A stretch of 64,000 nucleotides of DNA from Amoebophrya sp. A120 (lineage: Eukaryota; Protista; Dinoflagellata): positions 3,229,303-3,293,302 of the forward strand of contig CAJINV010000008.1 of the NCBI GenBank assembly GCA_905178155.1, given 5' to 3'. Below are positions 47,601-59,649 of the stretch, piece after piece; within the stretch, counting starts at the first letter, position 1, and every line of letters begins with the position of its first letter. The translations under genes were made by a program, and so were the position numbers. The notes beneath the pieces are model-generated. The model worked only from the letters and a program-made list of their open reading frames with translations. It had not been told where the DNA came from and made no database searches.

Positions 47601-50600
47601 CCGCTATGGTGCACGAGTTGAACAACTGCCGCAGCCGCGGGTGCACACCACCAGCTGGCGGCTGCGGAGTTGTAGCACGTCTATTTCGCGCTGTCGGTGA
47701 GGAAGAGGTGGACGGCGACGCGCCCCCCGGGGACGAGAAATCTACTTTCTGTTCGGGACTACTACTAGCCGCTTCGTCTACTACAACTTCTGCATCCGCA
47801 AAGTAGTTCAGCTTTTGATTCTGCTCCTCGACCGCTTGCACCGAGGGAACTTTATACATTACATGGTTCAGATTTTGCCGCAGATTTCCCGACGTCGGCA
47901 GGACCCCTGCTCCCCCGCGGCCACCTGTGCTCGTACCTCCCGCGGGAGGCGGCGCACCGGTGCCTGTGGAAGAAGCGGCCCAACAACCCTGCTGACGGCA
48001 TGCATTCTTACCTCTGGTGTCTTCTTGGTCATGGTGATGTATCCAACCGCTTATTCCGCTGCTGCCACCGCAGCTGCGAACTACTTGTTCCATACCTTGT
48101 CCCGCATGAGATGGACTCGTCTCGCTGGGGATTTCGGATAGGCGATTCAGCTCCTGGGCGAACCGCCTTGCGCGCGGGTAGGGGCACACGACCATCCGCT
48201 GAGGTTCTAGTTCCAAAACTCCGAATCGTTGACTTAGTGCCCGTTCATTCATACATTCAACCTGGTCTCGGTCATCTTCAGTGCGGTCAAACAGGTCAAA
48301 CCGACTATGATCCTGAACTTGATCTCCTACTTCTTCGCCCCCCTCACCAGCATGTTCGCCGGCGAAAGCCGATGATGCATCGCCATTTTCGCCACCAGCC
48401 GCACGGCAAAATGATTCGCGCTCACTGTTGTGCCCGGCGACGTTGTGGTGAACGTGATCGTGAACCCCGACCGGATGATTATAGACAGCTCCTTCTCGCG
48501 GCCTACTGCAAGAACTGCCAGAAGATCTACTTGCGCCGCCGGCCACACAACGACCCGGTGTAAGAACGTCGAGAGATGCGCTGGGTACTACGCCGAGCGA
48601 GAGGTTGCCAAAAAACCACCGCAGGTTTTCCTGTTCATCCGGCTGCTCGATCAGCATCTCGTCGTTCTCGACCTTGTTCGGGTCCACCCGTACGCCGTTT
48701 GATGCCGCGGGACCCCCGCAGTGGCCGCCCATCAAAAAAGGCAGCTGGTCTCCGCAGTCGGAACTTGCAAACACAATCCCAGAATAGCAGCCGCCCACCG
48801 GGTCGTCCACGGGCGGCGAAATGGCGCGTCGGAGCGGAATGTCGGGCAGATTCACGAACGCAGCGATAGCGTCGTCGCTTATCGCCGTCGACGTAAGCCG
48901 TGCACCCGCGGTGTTGAATTTTTGGCCACGCTCAGATGAATTCATCCAACCTACTGCTGTCTGACAAGAACCCCTTGCAGCAGCTGAGCTCGCGCCCACG
49001 CCTTCCTCGGAACTAAACTCATCGAAGTCCGCATGCTGCAAACCGCCATCGTTTGGAAATTGCCTCTGTCTACAGTTAAATCCTTGATGTTGCGGCTGCA
49101 TGTCTTGTTGTACTTCTTGCCCGGACATCGCAAGCGGCGAAGTTTGCGTAGTTGTCCCGTGCCGTTGCTGAAATAAGTAAGAGCTCGACAAGAACCCTTC
49201 CTCCACAACTTCAGGGATCGCTGTTGATCTCTGCTTGCGTTCCCTTGTCTTGAATTCATCACGACCCTTTGCTCGTGACCTTCCTGCGTCCGCACTTTTT
49301 GACCTCGGAGCGGGCGACGCGCTGGATCCTTTTGCTTTCGATTTTTTTGTCTTCTTGTTCCCGATCATGCTGGAACTGCCTGCACCGGCATCCTTTGTGT
49401 TCCTGCTCTCTTGATCATGTCGAGAACCGGTAGATGCCCCCGCCCCGCGCAGCAACGCGTGCTGAATTTCCCGCTGGATTTCAAACTGCAGGCTCGCAGT
49501 ACTCGCCATTGCCCAACAGGCGGTCCCGCACTGCTGAAACGGCGCCAGTATTGGTTGCGGACCTGACCTCGAGCCGGAAGAGCCTCCACCTCCGCCGCAA
49601 GTTGAATGATGACCACCCCCCGCCGCCACGCCGTGTTGAAAGGCGTGGTGCCCGAAACTCTCGTGCAGCTGAATCAGTTCGTGTCGCTGCTCCTCTTCTT
49701 CCACTTCCTCCAGCCGCAGTCCCACATGAATTTGCGCATCCTCCCCGTTCCGCCTAGAAAAATCGCCGAGCCGCTTCAGCTCGATGGCCTTCAGATGGCG
49801 TTCTTGAGGCACGACCAGTGGCGGGAGAGGCTGTAGTTGTACTACCTCTTGTGCTCCTCCTGCAGCTGCTGCTCCCGCAGGTAAGACACACGCGGGTTGT
49901 TCCTCCGCCGCAACGTCTCTACCAGTCTGCATTGGACCGGTGACTGCAGCATTTTCATCGGAATTAGCAGGAGATTCTGTTATGGTGTGTCAAATGGTTT
50001 CCATTCAATCCATCTCCTGTTTCAAGAAGATGCACCTACGCATCTCGATCTTTTTGTATAGGCCGGCGCCTAAAAGCCATTTATTGGTTGGTTGAGAAAG
50101 ACACATCCTCAGCAACAAGAAAAACACCAAAAGCTGATCACGAAAATTCACCTGCGGTAACAAATTTATCATTAGTACCCAAAGCAGGGACGCAGCGGGC
50201 ATCGCTGGTGCGTTCTGCTGTGGCGGCTGTTGCGTCAGCATCTTCCTGCTCTCGTCCACCACCCGCAGCAGATGATCTCCCATCATGGCCGTCCGCCTGC
50301 ACGCCCGGAAAAATGATATCTTCGTCCAACAAGTTAAAATGCTCCCAACCCCGACTGCTTTTCCGCTGCAGGAGTGGTTGGCCAAGCAGCGGCTCGTGAG
50401 CTTCCACTGGTGACGATGTTCTTCTTGTAGCGGGAACGAACGACATGTCCGGCGGGGGGGCGACCGCCGGTTCTGGTGTTTCTGCTCCACCTGCCGGGAA
50501 CAAGTTGCTCCGCTCGACAGGTCTCGTTACCTCGTCCATAGAAGTTGACGTCCTATCAACTTTCTCTACCACCGTTTCGTACCAGGTAATTGCCGGGCTG

Positions 50601-53600
50601 CACATGAACAAAACCGGGGGATTTTCCCCGTACTCGAACTCCTGATCCTCTACTTCTGCGGTCGCAAAAGAACCCGCAAAAGCCGCCCCGGTAGGATGTG
50701 CCACTTGATCGTGGAAAGCGTGCCCGTCCTCTTGCTGCGCTCCTCCAGGCTGGTGATCATGGCCTAGCTGCTCTCCTGAAAAGAACGTCTCCTTTTGTTC
50801 ATCTCTTGCCATATCTTTAACTTTCGGGTTCCGTTTCCGCAACTCATTCGCGAACCACTCCAAGTGCTCCCGCCGCTCCAGTCGCTGCACAATCTGCATC
50901 TGCGCCAGGCTGTCCAGCGGCATCCGCCCCTTGCGCACCCGCTCGAACAGGTCCGGGATCACGGGGGGCAGGAAAACGTCCGCATGCGCGTCCCAGTGCG
51001 CGGCCAGAACCATGAGTGCCTTCATCAGTTTGAATTGGTCGTTCACAGACTCGAGCTGGTGAATGGTGAACGGCTGGGACTTGGTGGAACCGGCTCGTGT
51101 AGTTCTTCTCGACCCTGGCTCATTACACGCTCTGGAAGCGGGCGCCGCAAGCGCAACAGCTAGTACACGACCCGGGGCAACTTCTGCTTCGTCCTTCAGG
51201 TGCACCGTCGGGAGGGAAAGCATTGCTTTCCAGTTGTCCTGCACGGCCTGGTGCAGAAAACGGAAGGTCTTCTTCTCGAGGAGGAGCCGCACGTAGAGAA
51301 ATGCAAAGGGCGAGTCGTGGAGCAGGTGGACAAGCTCGCTGACAGGAACAGGAATTGGTGGCGCTCGAAGGAATTTCTTATTCATCTTGTTCATGATGAA
51401 TTCATTCTGCTGATGATTTGATGAAGGATTTTGTTCCGACCATCGTTGCTTTTCGCGTTCAACATCTTGCACCTGCTGCTCTTGGCCCCCGTGGTCCTCG
51501 CGGCGCCGGCTTTGCCGCTCGAGCTGAACGTGCTGCTTCGCCAAGTCGGCCAGGCTATCCGTGCTGCTCGAGGAGCTGGAACTTCGCGACATGCCGCCTG
51601 GTGCCCCCAGCACGCGCTTGGATTTCTTCAATAAACTAGAGGAAGTGGCGGCACGAGGAGGACTGCCTCCTGCGACGAGAGCCGCCTCACCAGCAGAAGG
51701 AGCAGTTTGTACAAGTCCTTGCGAGGAGGGGGCCGTGGAGGACATATTGAACTCTCCTTCCTCTTGCGGCGACCCCGTTGATGGAGCCGTTCCCTTTTTG
51801 ACAGGAACTCCTGTGCCTGTTGCACTCCTGTGAACAAGATCATGGTCGCCAACAACGACAGAGATCGTGTCGGGAAACATGAACGGCCTGATCAGGAACC
51901 GAAACAAATTCCTCGTGCCACTCTGGTGCTTTTTACTTCGGTTGCTCAGTGTTCCCGCTCGCATGTGACGGATGGAATGATCGTCCTCCGCGTAACCCGT
52001 GGTCTTCCAATTTCGCACTAATTCTGCTGCCAATATTTGGTCATAATACGCCGCGGGATGCTGGTCGGTCTTCCTCACGTGCGCCCGGGTGTACGTCGTG
52101 GGCGCCGCTCCCCCCTCGAAGGCCAGTGGGTCGTCGTGGTGCAGCTGCTGGTGCTCTACTTCAAAGGCGTTTTTAGGCAGACCATGACGAGATCCCTCAC
52201 CATGATGTTCTTGTGTAGTCAGTGAAAGAACATCCGCTCCTGCACCATCATGCTCCTCGTCCCTACTTACAGAAGTACTTTCCAGCGAACTAAACTTCTT
52301 TTGCGAATAGTCGTGCAGGATATCCTGAAAGCAGTCCTCGCCGCAGAGGTCGACCAGCAGCAAAACGACTCGCAGCGCCGGTGACATCGGCAGGCCCTTC
52401 GCCACCCCTGATCTTCGCTGATGTTGTTCATCTTTGCCAAGACGTTGCAGTAATGCGCGGTCCTCGTGATCCTTCTCTAGAAGATGTACTTCGTCCCTTT
52501 CTGTACAACTGGAAGTACTGTCCTTGACCTGCTTAAACATTTCTTGGCTCTCACTCATCGCGATCACGAGCTCCATTTGTGGGCTCTGAAGTAGATGATC
52601 CCTTGCGGCCTCGAGCTCCTCCCGAGCAGTAGGGGAGGTGCTACTGCTGCTAGAAGTTGTCCTTGCTGCAAGCAGAATTGCCTCGCTGAGAGGTACAGGA
52701 CCAAGAAGACCGCTAGAAGAAGATGAATTCGAAGTGGCCGGCAGGGGCGTAGTGTGGTCTACTTCTTGTGTAGTTTCGCCACGACAGGAGCCATCTGCTG
52801 CGGGTGCGCCCCCCGCCTCTTGTCCCGTTCTACAACTTCCGGAAGTAGAACTGCATGCAGTAGAAGATGAAGAGGCGGCGGAAGCTGCATTAAAACTATT
52901 TCTACCGTTGCTGCCGTACCACAGAGCCCTCTCGACGTCGACCTGTGCGATTTGCTCGTCCCCGAAAAACGCCAGTAAGACTTCGGTGCACCACAGCTGC
53001 CGACTCATCTGCTTCGCCCGCTGCAGCTCGTGGCTTGTCATCCGGCCCAACCGACGAAACTCTTGCTCCTGTTCGGTGGATAAAAAAGCGTTTTTGTTCC
53101 TTCCCCCGAGGATCTTCTCAAATTCGTCCCCGTCGTTTTCCGGGGCCAGAGTTTTCAGGATGTAGCTGACCCACCGCTCCGCCCCGGCCTCGGTCTGGAT
53201 AAACCGGAAATCTATCGGCGGTGGCTCTGGCGTCTCCTCGGGATGATTCTGCTGGTGCTTGCGGTCCAGCTGGTTCTGCACCTCTTGGGAAGCGGAAAGG
53301 GGGGCCGCGATGGGTATGGCGTGGTCCCGCCTCGACGCATCAGAGTCGTCTACTACTTGTTCTTCGACCGATGCATCTACTACTTGTATTTGTTCCCGCC
53401 CCGGGTTACCATTATTTTCCTCGCGCGAGTCGCTTGCGGATAATCCAAACATACTCTTCGACTTACCGTGTTCGTCCGGGTCCAGACCTGAACTCGAGGT
53501 TGTAGATTTTTCTTCGTCTTCCTTGGGTTTAGCTGTAGAACGACCACCGTGTTCCACTTCTACCTCCATGCCAGTAGGAGGTCCAGTTGTTTGCCCCGGC

Positions 53601-53992
53601 AGCTCCGCCCCACCAGCCTGGAATTTCGCAGCAGCCACGGAATCGAAGAGGAAGGGCAAAAGCAGCACCCGCAGGGCTTTCCATCTCTTTCCGCCAACAA
53701 AGGGGCGGTGGTCCGACCACATGGTCGTGCTACCACTACTTCTAGTTCTGTGATGGATAAAGTAGCTTGACGTTCTTTTCTGTGTCAAGTCGCGGCAGCT
53801 CTGCGTGCTTTTCACGCCGAACCTAGCGGCACCGTTCTTGTGGTAATCCCGGAGCCGCAGTGGTGGAACTACAAGAGCGGTCGTGTTTGTTGCAAAAGTT
53901 TCTGACCTGGAGCTGCTCTCCCCGTAGGAGCTTTCCTCTTCGGGGAACAGTGCTTGATGTTCTCTTGCGAACTTCGAGTTGTAGGTTGCCAT
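44618..53992 (-). CDS. Very large low-complexity hypothetical protein (over 2500 aa if all exons join)
   Basis: ORFs 53992-50152 and 49976-about 47460 join in frame through a GT-AG intron (50151-49977). ORF about 47100-46344 joins 45378-44618 in frame through element 45384-46343. The join across 47460-47100 is inferred. Confidence 0.65.
45384..46343. mobile_element. Introner family D (direct repeat CTCCT), 171 bp once the nested MITE is removed
   Basis: TATCCCAGAGAAAAAAGCTGGCAGGGCATATTTGTAA[MITE]TGCAAAAATAAATACAC pairs with GTGTATTTATTTTCGCATTACAAATATGCCCTGCCAGCTTTTTTCTGTGTGATA. CTCCT at 45379-45383 and 46344-46348. Confidence 0.92.
45421..46206. mobile_element. Non-autonomous inverted-repeat element (Tourist/PIF-Harbinger-like MITE), TAA target duplication
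   Basis: About 155-bp inverted repeats (45421-45574, 46050-46206) beginning GAGCGGGGTAACAAACC. TAA at 45418-45420 and 46207-46209. No transposase ORF recognised. Confidence 0.88.
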
Positions 53993-55762
53993 TTTCTGCT
54001 CCTCCTGCTTCCGCTACTTACTGTGCCGACGTCGCAACGGGACTCCGGGGTCGACGAGAATTCTAGCGAAACACGGCCAGGAGTAGTGCGTCGAGGACCA
54101 CACCAACGGTAGATACAACACAGCAGGAGCGGCCACCGATGAAGATTGATTATAATTGTTAGGTTGTAGTAGATTTATTCGGGTAGAAGTTCTTTCGCCA
54201 AAGGCCATGAAGTGAACCGCGGTGAGCCTCGACTAGGCTTGATAGCAGGTCGCGAACCGCTGGACCACAACAACGTGTAAGTAACTCGAGCTCCTTGCTT
54301 TTACCGGAAAAATTTGTGCACTCCTCGGCCAGATTCGACACAATGATATTGAGGTGTGCGCAATGAATCGGCAATTAATTTTGACTTTGCCCGTTTTCTT
54401 TTCCTCCGTTGCAACCCGTTTGATTCTTTTTCTTGAAGGAAGCTGGCTGCAGCGGCCTCGATGCACACGGCGAACGAGTGGCTTTTGATATACTCAAAAG
54501 CTAAAAATGCGAGTGAAATTCAACATAATCATCATGTATTAATCTACATTTACCTAAATAAGTCACGATAAGTGATATCTGTAGTGTGATGCAGACCTTT
54601 GTGAAAATTCCGTTCTTGTTTTTCTTGGGTGATATTCTTTGATATCAATCAAGTACAACAAATAGACGGGGGCTAGTACAACTTTTATCGGTACATCAAC
54701 TCCACTGCTGATGTAAGATCAACGCTTGCGCCTGCCAGGTATTTGATATTGTAGGGTTCTTCGGTGATAGAAGCATCTCCTGCATCTTTTTCACTTTACA
54801 AACGATGCTGTTCGAAATCGTAGTAGCGTTACAAAATCCGTCGCCGCCTTGGAGAAAGGAGATCACGGTTTTTTTTCATCGCTGAAAGATACATAGTACG
54901 AACGCAGTTGTAGTGCCGTCGCCTAAAAGGCTCCGCCTGAGGTCCAATTACATCAGCTATCGCAAAAACAATACGCTGCCGAGTAGTCTGCGTGTCTGAA
55001 TAGAACCTAATCTTTTCATCTTGTGTCATCACGAATAGATGCTTAAATGCAATATGCGAAAAAAACCTTATTCGTTTTCGTACGTTGTGAAGAGGGTTTC
55101 ATGTGCCGAGTGAATGCCTTGTGTAAGCTTGAAGCGCTGGACTGTTGCGGGGAGTGGGAACACGAAAAGCGAAAACATGCAAGTCGTGCTTCTACATGTT
55201 ACTTCAGAAAATGGGACGACAGCGGATCGACAAACATCAAAGCTACGCGTTCAAGGATCGGCATTGTCATCTTTTTCCTTGCGCGCGTGCGGCTGCGAAA
55301 GGGGTAATTATATATAATTGCAGCGTCGGCGGCTTCCAAAATAAGCGAGATCTTTCAAAATTGTGCGCCAACCTCGAGGGATCATATGGCAGGTCTCTTG
55401 CGCTCCAGAAGTAAGCTAGATCCTCAGCGGGAAATTCAGCTTCATCGGGAACAAAAAGCAGAACTCACCATGTTCGTTTCCTGTTTCTGGTTGTACGGCA
55501 TCACGAAGACAAATTAGGTGTACTAGTGGAAGATCTTCTTCATCTCGGAAATAAAAGAGCGAGGCTCAGCTCTTTATTGCTGCGTGAACATCAATACAAT
55601 AATAATATTCGCAATTAGCTGAAAATCATATTAGGCGGTTCTGTGTTATTCCCCTCTTTGGAATTCTTTCCGCCCACATGCTGCTCTTGCAATGTATTTT
55701 TTTACGTTTTCTATTTCTATTTCTTCAGGCAACACATTCATGAGAAGATTACGAGTCATTTT

Positions 55763-57577
55763 TCAAGCACTGGCACTACCACCAACGGGACGGCACATTT
55801 CCCAAGGAACGAAATCATCCAGAGCTTGCAAAATCCTATTCTGCAACCTGCCGACCACCTCTAGCACAATATTCTGGCCCCCGAGAAAGATGTCGTGGAA
55901 GGAAAGCAGCCGAACCCCCGCCAGCCTGGGTTGAACATGTGCTACAGTCTGCAGCAGCTTTCTGAAATTCGACGTCTCTTTCAGGTGTTTCACGTTCATC
56001 CAGAGCTTTTGTTTTTGAATGTCGAAATTATAAAGTCGTGAGGTACAACAACTATTCTTTTTACTGGAGCTAAAGGTTGCCGCACCTGCAGTCTTTCTTG
56101 GTACCATTATCGTGCTGTCATGTGAAAATTTCTTGTTCTGCCGCAGGAACCCCATCTTGAGGCACAGCCGCTTCGCGGGTGGGCTCAGGACGGTGCAGGT
56201 AAACAGTTCGACCTGTTCCTTCACCGCCTCCCGGTCCATGCAGCGCACCAGCCCGTGACCGACCTCTCTACCCCGGAGCTTGGGTAGAACCACGCAGTCC
56301 CACAGGGACCACGAGGCTCTCGGGGTGTTCCAACGAACTCCTTCTCTTACACCTTCACCTTCCCGAGAAGCAGAACGGACGCAAGCGCGGCCATCTTCTG
56401 TCGCCGTTGTTCCCCTCCTTCCTTTGTCCACCCCGAGACGCGATTTATTTTGTGAAGAACTCTTTATCGCCCGCAAAACGCCGACCAGCTCGGTGGGTGG
56501 ATTTCCTTTCTCCTTGTTCGGGTGCTCGTTTGAAGATTCAGCTCTATTTTGTCCCCCAAGAACATGCACAGCATTGGCTTTTCGCAGCGGCTCAACGACC
56601 GAATCCCGTTGCGTGTCTTCATGGTGCCTTTCCGAATGAACATCCTGGACCCGATTTCCCAATGCTGCAGAAGTAGCTGTACTAGATGATGAACCAGCAC
56701 AAGGGTCTTCTTCCCCGAGAAAAATCCGTTCGCACAGCACTACCACGCCGTCTCGCACGCTCGTTTGCAACTTCGGCCGCACGGCTACGTGGTAGATGCA
56801 GTAGACGCACGCGTAGTGAAAACAATGCAAGCCGAGTAGGAACAGGAAAAAGTCGCACGCAACCGGCACAAAACAGGAAGTCAGGATAAGTTTTGTGTTT
56901 TGGGGGAAGAAGAACACTAAAGCCGCCGCGCCACGGTCCTGTTGTAGAGGAGCCTGTTCATCAGGAGAGACTATTTTGTCGTTTTCTACGACCACCAGCA
57001 ACGACTGGAATTCTGCATTTTGTAAAAATTCTGTCCAAATTTTCTTCGCGACCGCGATCGCGTAAAAGAGAGGCAGAATGTAGGAGCGCAGGACCATTTT
57101 GGTCGTCACGGACACCATGAACCACAGGTGATGATGCGGGTCCCAGAGTTTTTCGAAAATAAGCGGAATATCCTCTTCCCGAGCGCGCCGGTAAACGAGC
57201 GAGTTCTTCAGAACTGCGAAACTTGCGGCAGGTGGCCGCGCTGACGTACCACTAGAAGTGCTGGCGCCGTAACAGGTCGGTGTAGATCCGCCTTTTGTTG
57301 CGCTGGCAACATCAGTGTCGGCCGACGACATTTCGTTACAAATGCCAGGTGTGCTCTTTGTAGTCGAGTTACTACTAGGAGTAAAATCTTGCATCCTGCC
57401 GTTAACAACAAAAGCGAACCGACGGAAGATGCTTCTGATTCTGCTTCTGAGCGACATGATGCATTGCAGAGGTGTCCCATCAGCGACCAACCGAGCGAGA
57501 TCTTTAACAAGAATACGAATACAACCGATACCGAAAGTGCGTAAACTTAAGTTGTTCAAAGTTGTCATGATTTTCAT
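55763..57577 (-). CDS. Membrane-associated GNAT acetyltransferase (NAT8/camello-like layout)
   Basis: N-terminal VYRRAREEDIPLIF, two hydrophobic segments, ELVGVLRA, motif A VVLPKLRGREVGHGLV and C-terminal AKRLCLKMGF. The true start may be a later Met. Confidence 0.72.
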   Translation of the reverse strand: MKIMTTLNNLSLRTFGIGCIRILVKDLARLVADGTPLQCIMSLRSRIRSIFRRFAFVVNGRMQDFTPSSNSTTKSTPGICNEMSSADTDVASATKGGSTPTCYGASTSSGTSARPPAASFAVLKNSLVYRRAREEDIPLIFEKLWDPHHHLWFMVSVTTKMVLRSYILPLFYAIAVAKKIWTEFLQNAEFQSLLVVVENDKIVSPDEQAPLQQDRGAAALVFFFPQNTKLILTSCFVPVACDFFLFLLGLHCFHYACVYCIYHVAVRPKLQTSVRDGVVVLCERIFLGEEDPCAGSSSSTATSAALGNRVQDVHSERHHEDTQRDSVVEPLRKANAVHVLGGQNRAESSNEHPNKEKGNPPTELVGVLRAIKSSSQNKSRLGVDKGRRGTTATEDGRACVRSASREGEGVREGVRWNTPRASWSLWDCVVLPKLRGREVGHGLVRCMDREAVKEQVELFTCTVLSPPAKRLCLKMGFLRQNKKFSHDSTIMVPRKTAGAATFSSSKKNSCCTSRLYNFDIQKQKLWMNVKHLKETSNFRKLLQTVAHVQPRLAGVRLLSFHDIFLGGQNIVLEVVGRLQNRILQALDDFVPWEMCRPVGGSASA

Positions 57578-58734
57578 GCTAGTACCGATGGGACGAAAGA
57601 GTAATACTAGACCAGGATTTCAGAAGATGATCATTGAAGACACAAGTCCAGCGAGTATTGAATCATGCTGAAGATGAACCCACAGACTTCAAACACGCAC
57701 CCTTCCCGCGGTAGCGCGAAGATCATGCTCTTGTAGTTCATCGGCTGCAGGCACTTCTTATGATGGTGCCATTCGTGGCCGTCTCTGCCCTATGTGTCTC
57801 TCAGGAGCAGGAAATGGACCACAGAGTATCAGGGCAACCTCTTACGTTTCATCATTCCCGTCCGGGATCACTGCGAGCGGGGCAGCGGAGCCCGCTTCAC
57901 TAAGGCCGTGCGCCGCCTTCGATCCGCATGGAAATGCAAAAACCCGCAATCGAGGAAATAGAAATACGAGCTTGTCGTGTGCGTAAAAAATGCAGCACTA
58001 CTTAAAGAAGTACAAAGCTTCTAAATGAAGACCCTAATAAAACTACCGAGGGACACCTGCAGCTGCTTCTGGTTCAACTTCATTCATAATCATAACAAGA
58101 AGATCTTCAGCTGCATGACCCGATGCAACGACAGCTCGGGCTCGTCCCTGGTACGCAGCACGACAAGTTGCACCAAAAATAAAATATGCGAGTTCAATTA
58201 GTATCTATCTGCAGCACTGAGCTGCAGCACGTGTTTCTCGTCCTCTACACCTACGACTTTTCAGCACGTGATACTTGATCCATCTGTTCGTTGTTTGCGG
58301 AAGGCTCCAGTATGCATGGCGCAAGTCGTATCGTCGGAATTGCAATTTATTATCACTCTCGAGGTCGAGGCTTTCCTCTCAAATTATTACGTCCATGAAT
58401 GAAAGCAAGGCAGATGCTGCATCACAGGTGGTTCTTCCTATGATCATCGATGGTCTCCAGTGCTGTCACAGCCGGAGCAAGATGAGCTCGGAGGTCATGA
58501 TCTTCCCAACGAGCAGCGAAGATTCGCTGACAACTACAACAAGATAGGTACTTATAATTTTTCGCTTGCGTCATTTTCTGCTACAGATGCTCGTCATCAA
58601 AGTGTTCGAGCAGGCAAAAGAATTTCTATTCCGCTCAGGCTCAACATCTTCTCGCGGTGCTCACAATAAGACTTTTGTGCACAGCATACTGCTCGGCTCT
58701 GCTTGGTCCCTCGGAGTTGGTACCGAACGCGCCA

Positions 58735-59048
58735 TTTCAAAAGGAAAAAATCCCCCCTCCCCATATCGAAAACGAAACTTGTGATGCTGTATATGAGTAG
58801 ACAAATCGACTTGTATTGCTAGACGGCCAAGAGCCGCAGCTGTGGCCTCGTTTGCAGGCAATTTTCCATGCTGTTCCCCACTTCCACCTGCCTCCTGCCA
58901 TGCTGAAGATGCAAGGCTTTCCCACGCAGCCCAGCACTACAGTCCGCATCTTTTCTCTTCTAGCATGACTAAGCTGATTTGTGACCACAAATCTACATCA
59001 CAGATTTCCGTTTTGATGTGGGGAGGGGGAATTTTTGTTATCTTGATA
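58735..59048. mobile_element. Introner family C (direct repeat CGCCA)
   Basis: Same AAAAATCCCCCCTCCCCATAT / ATGTGGGGAGGGGGAATTTTT inverted repeats as 27326. CGCCA at 58730-58734 and 59049-59053. Host reading frame not established. Confidence 0.88.
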
Positions 59049-59649
59049 CGCCATACTTTTCAACCTCTTCCACATCGTCAGCCGGTGCTCCGTTTCCGTC
59101 TGGGAGAGTGGTAAATGATGGAAGAAATTAATAGATATTTCAGCTGCGACCTGCCAATCGCTTCCGACGTGGCAAAAACAAAATGGCGTATAATTAGTAG
59201 TTCCAGAATTACAATCAGGTCTATTTCCATTTAATACGCGTGAAGTAGCTACAGATTACAACAGGTAGTGTGTTCTGTATCTACTTACAAGTACCGCGGC
59301 CAAGCTTGCGTTCGTTTGCGCTGTTCCACGCGCGCCCGCTACGTCTCCGTCTCCCTTCCGTTATCCCAGCACAAAATGTTCTAGCACGACACCGTATCTT
59401 CTCTGAGACTGAGCAGCTCCTCTACGCACAATGAATAATGGATAACGATATAACTAATTGCAATAGAGGTTCATTCTTTTATGAAGAAAGACCTACAGAC
59501 GAGTGCGCAGACGTTGAATCATGATTTTGTAATTGAAAACTTTTACTTTCCCGTCGGTCTGTTCGTCGAGCAAGTAGAAATGATGAAATCGTAGCTGCTA
59601 CGATTCGTGCATTGATAAAATTTTTGCAGCATCTTAGCCCACTGCCATT

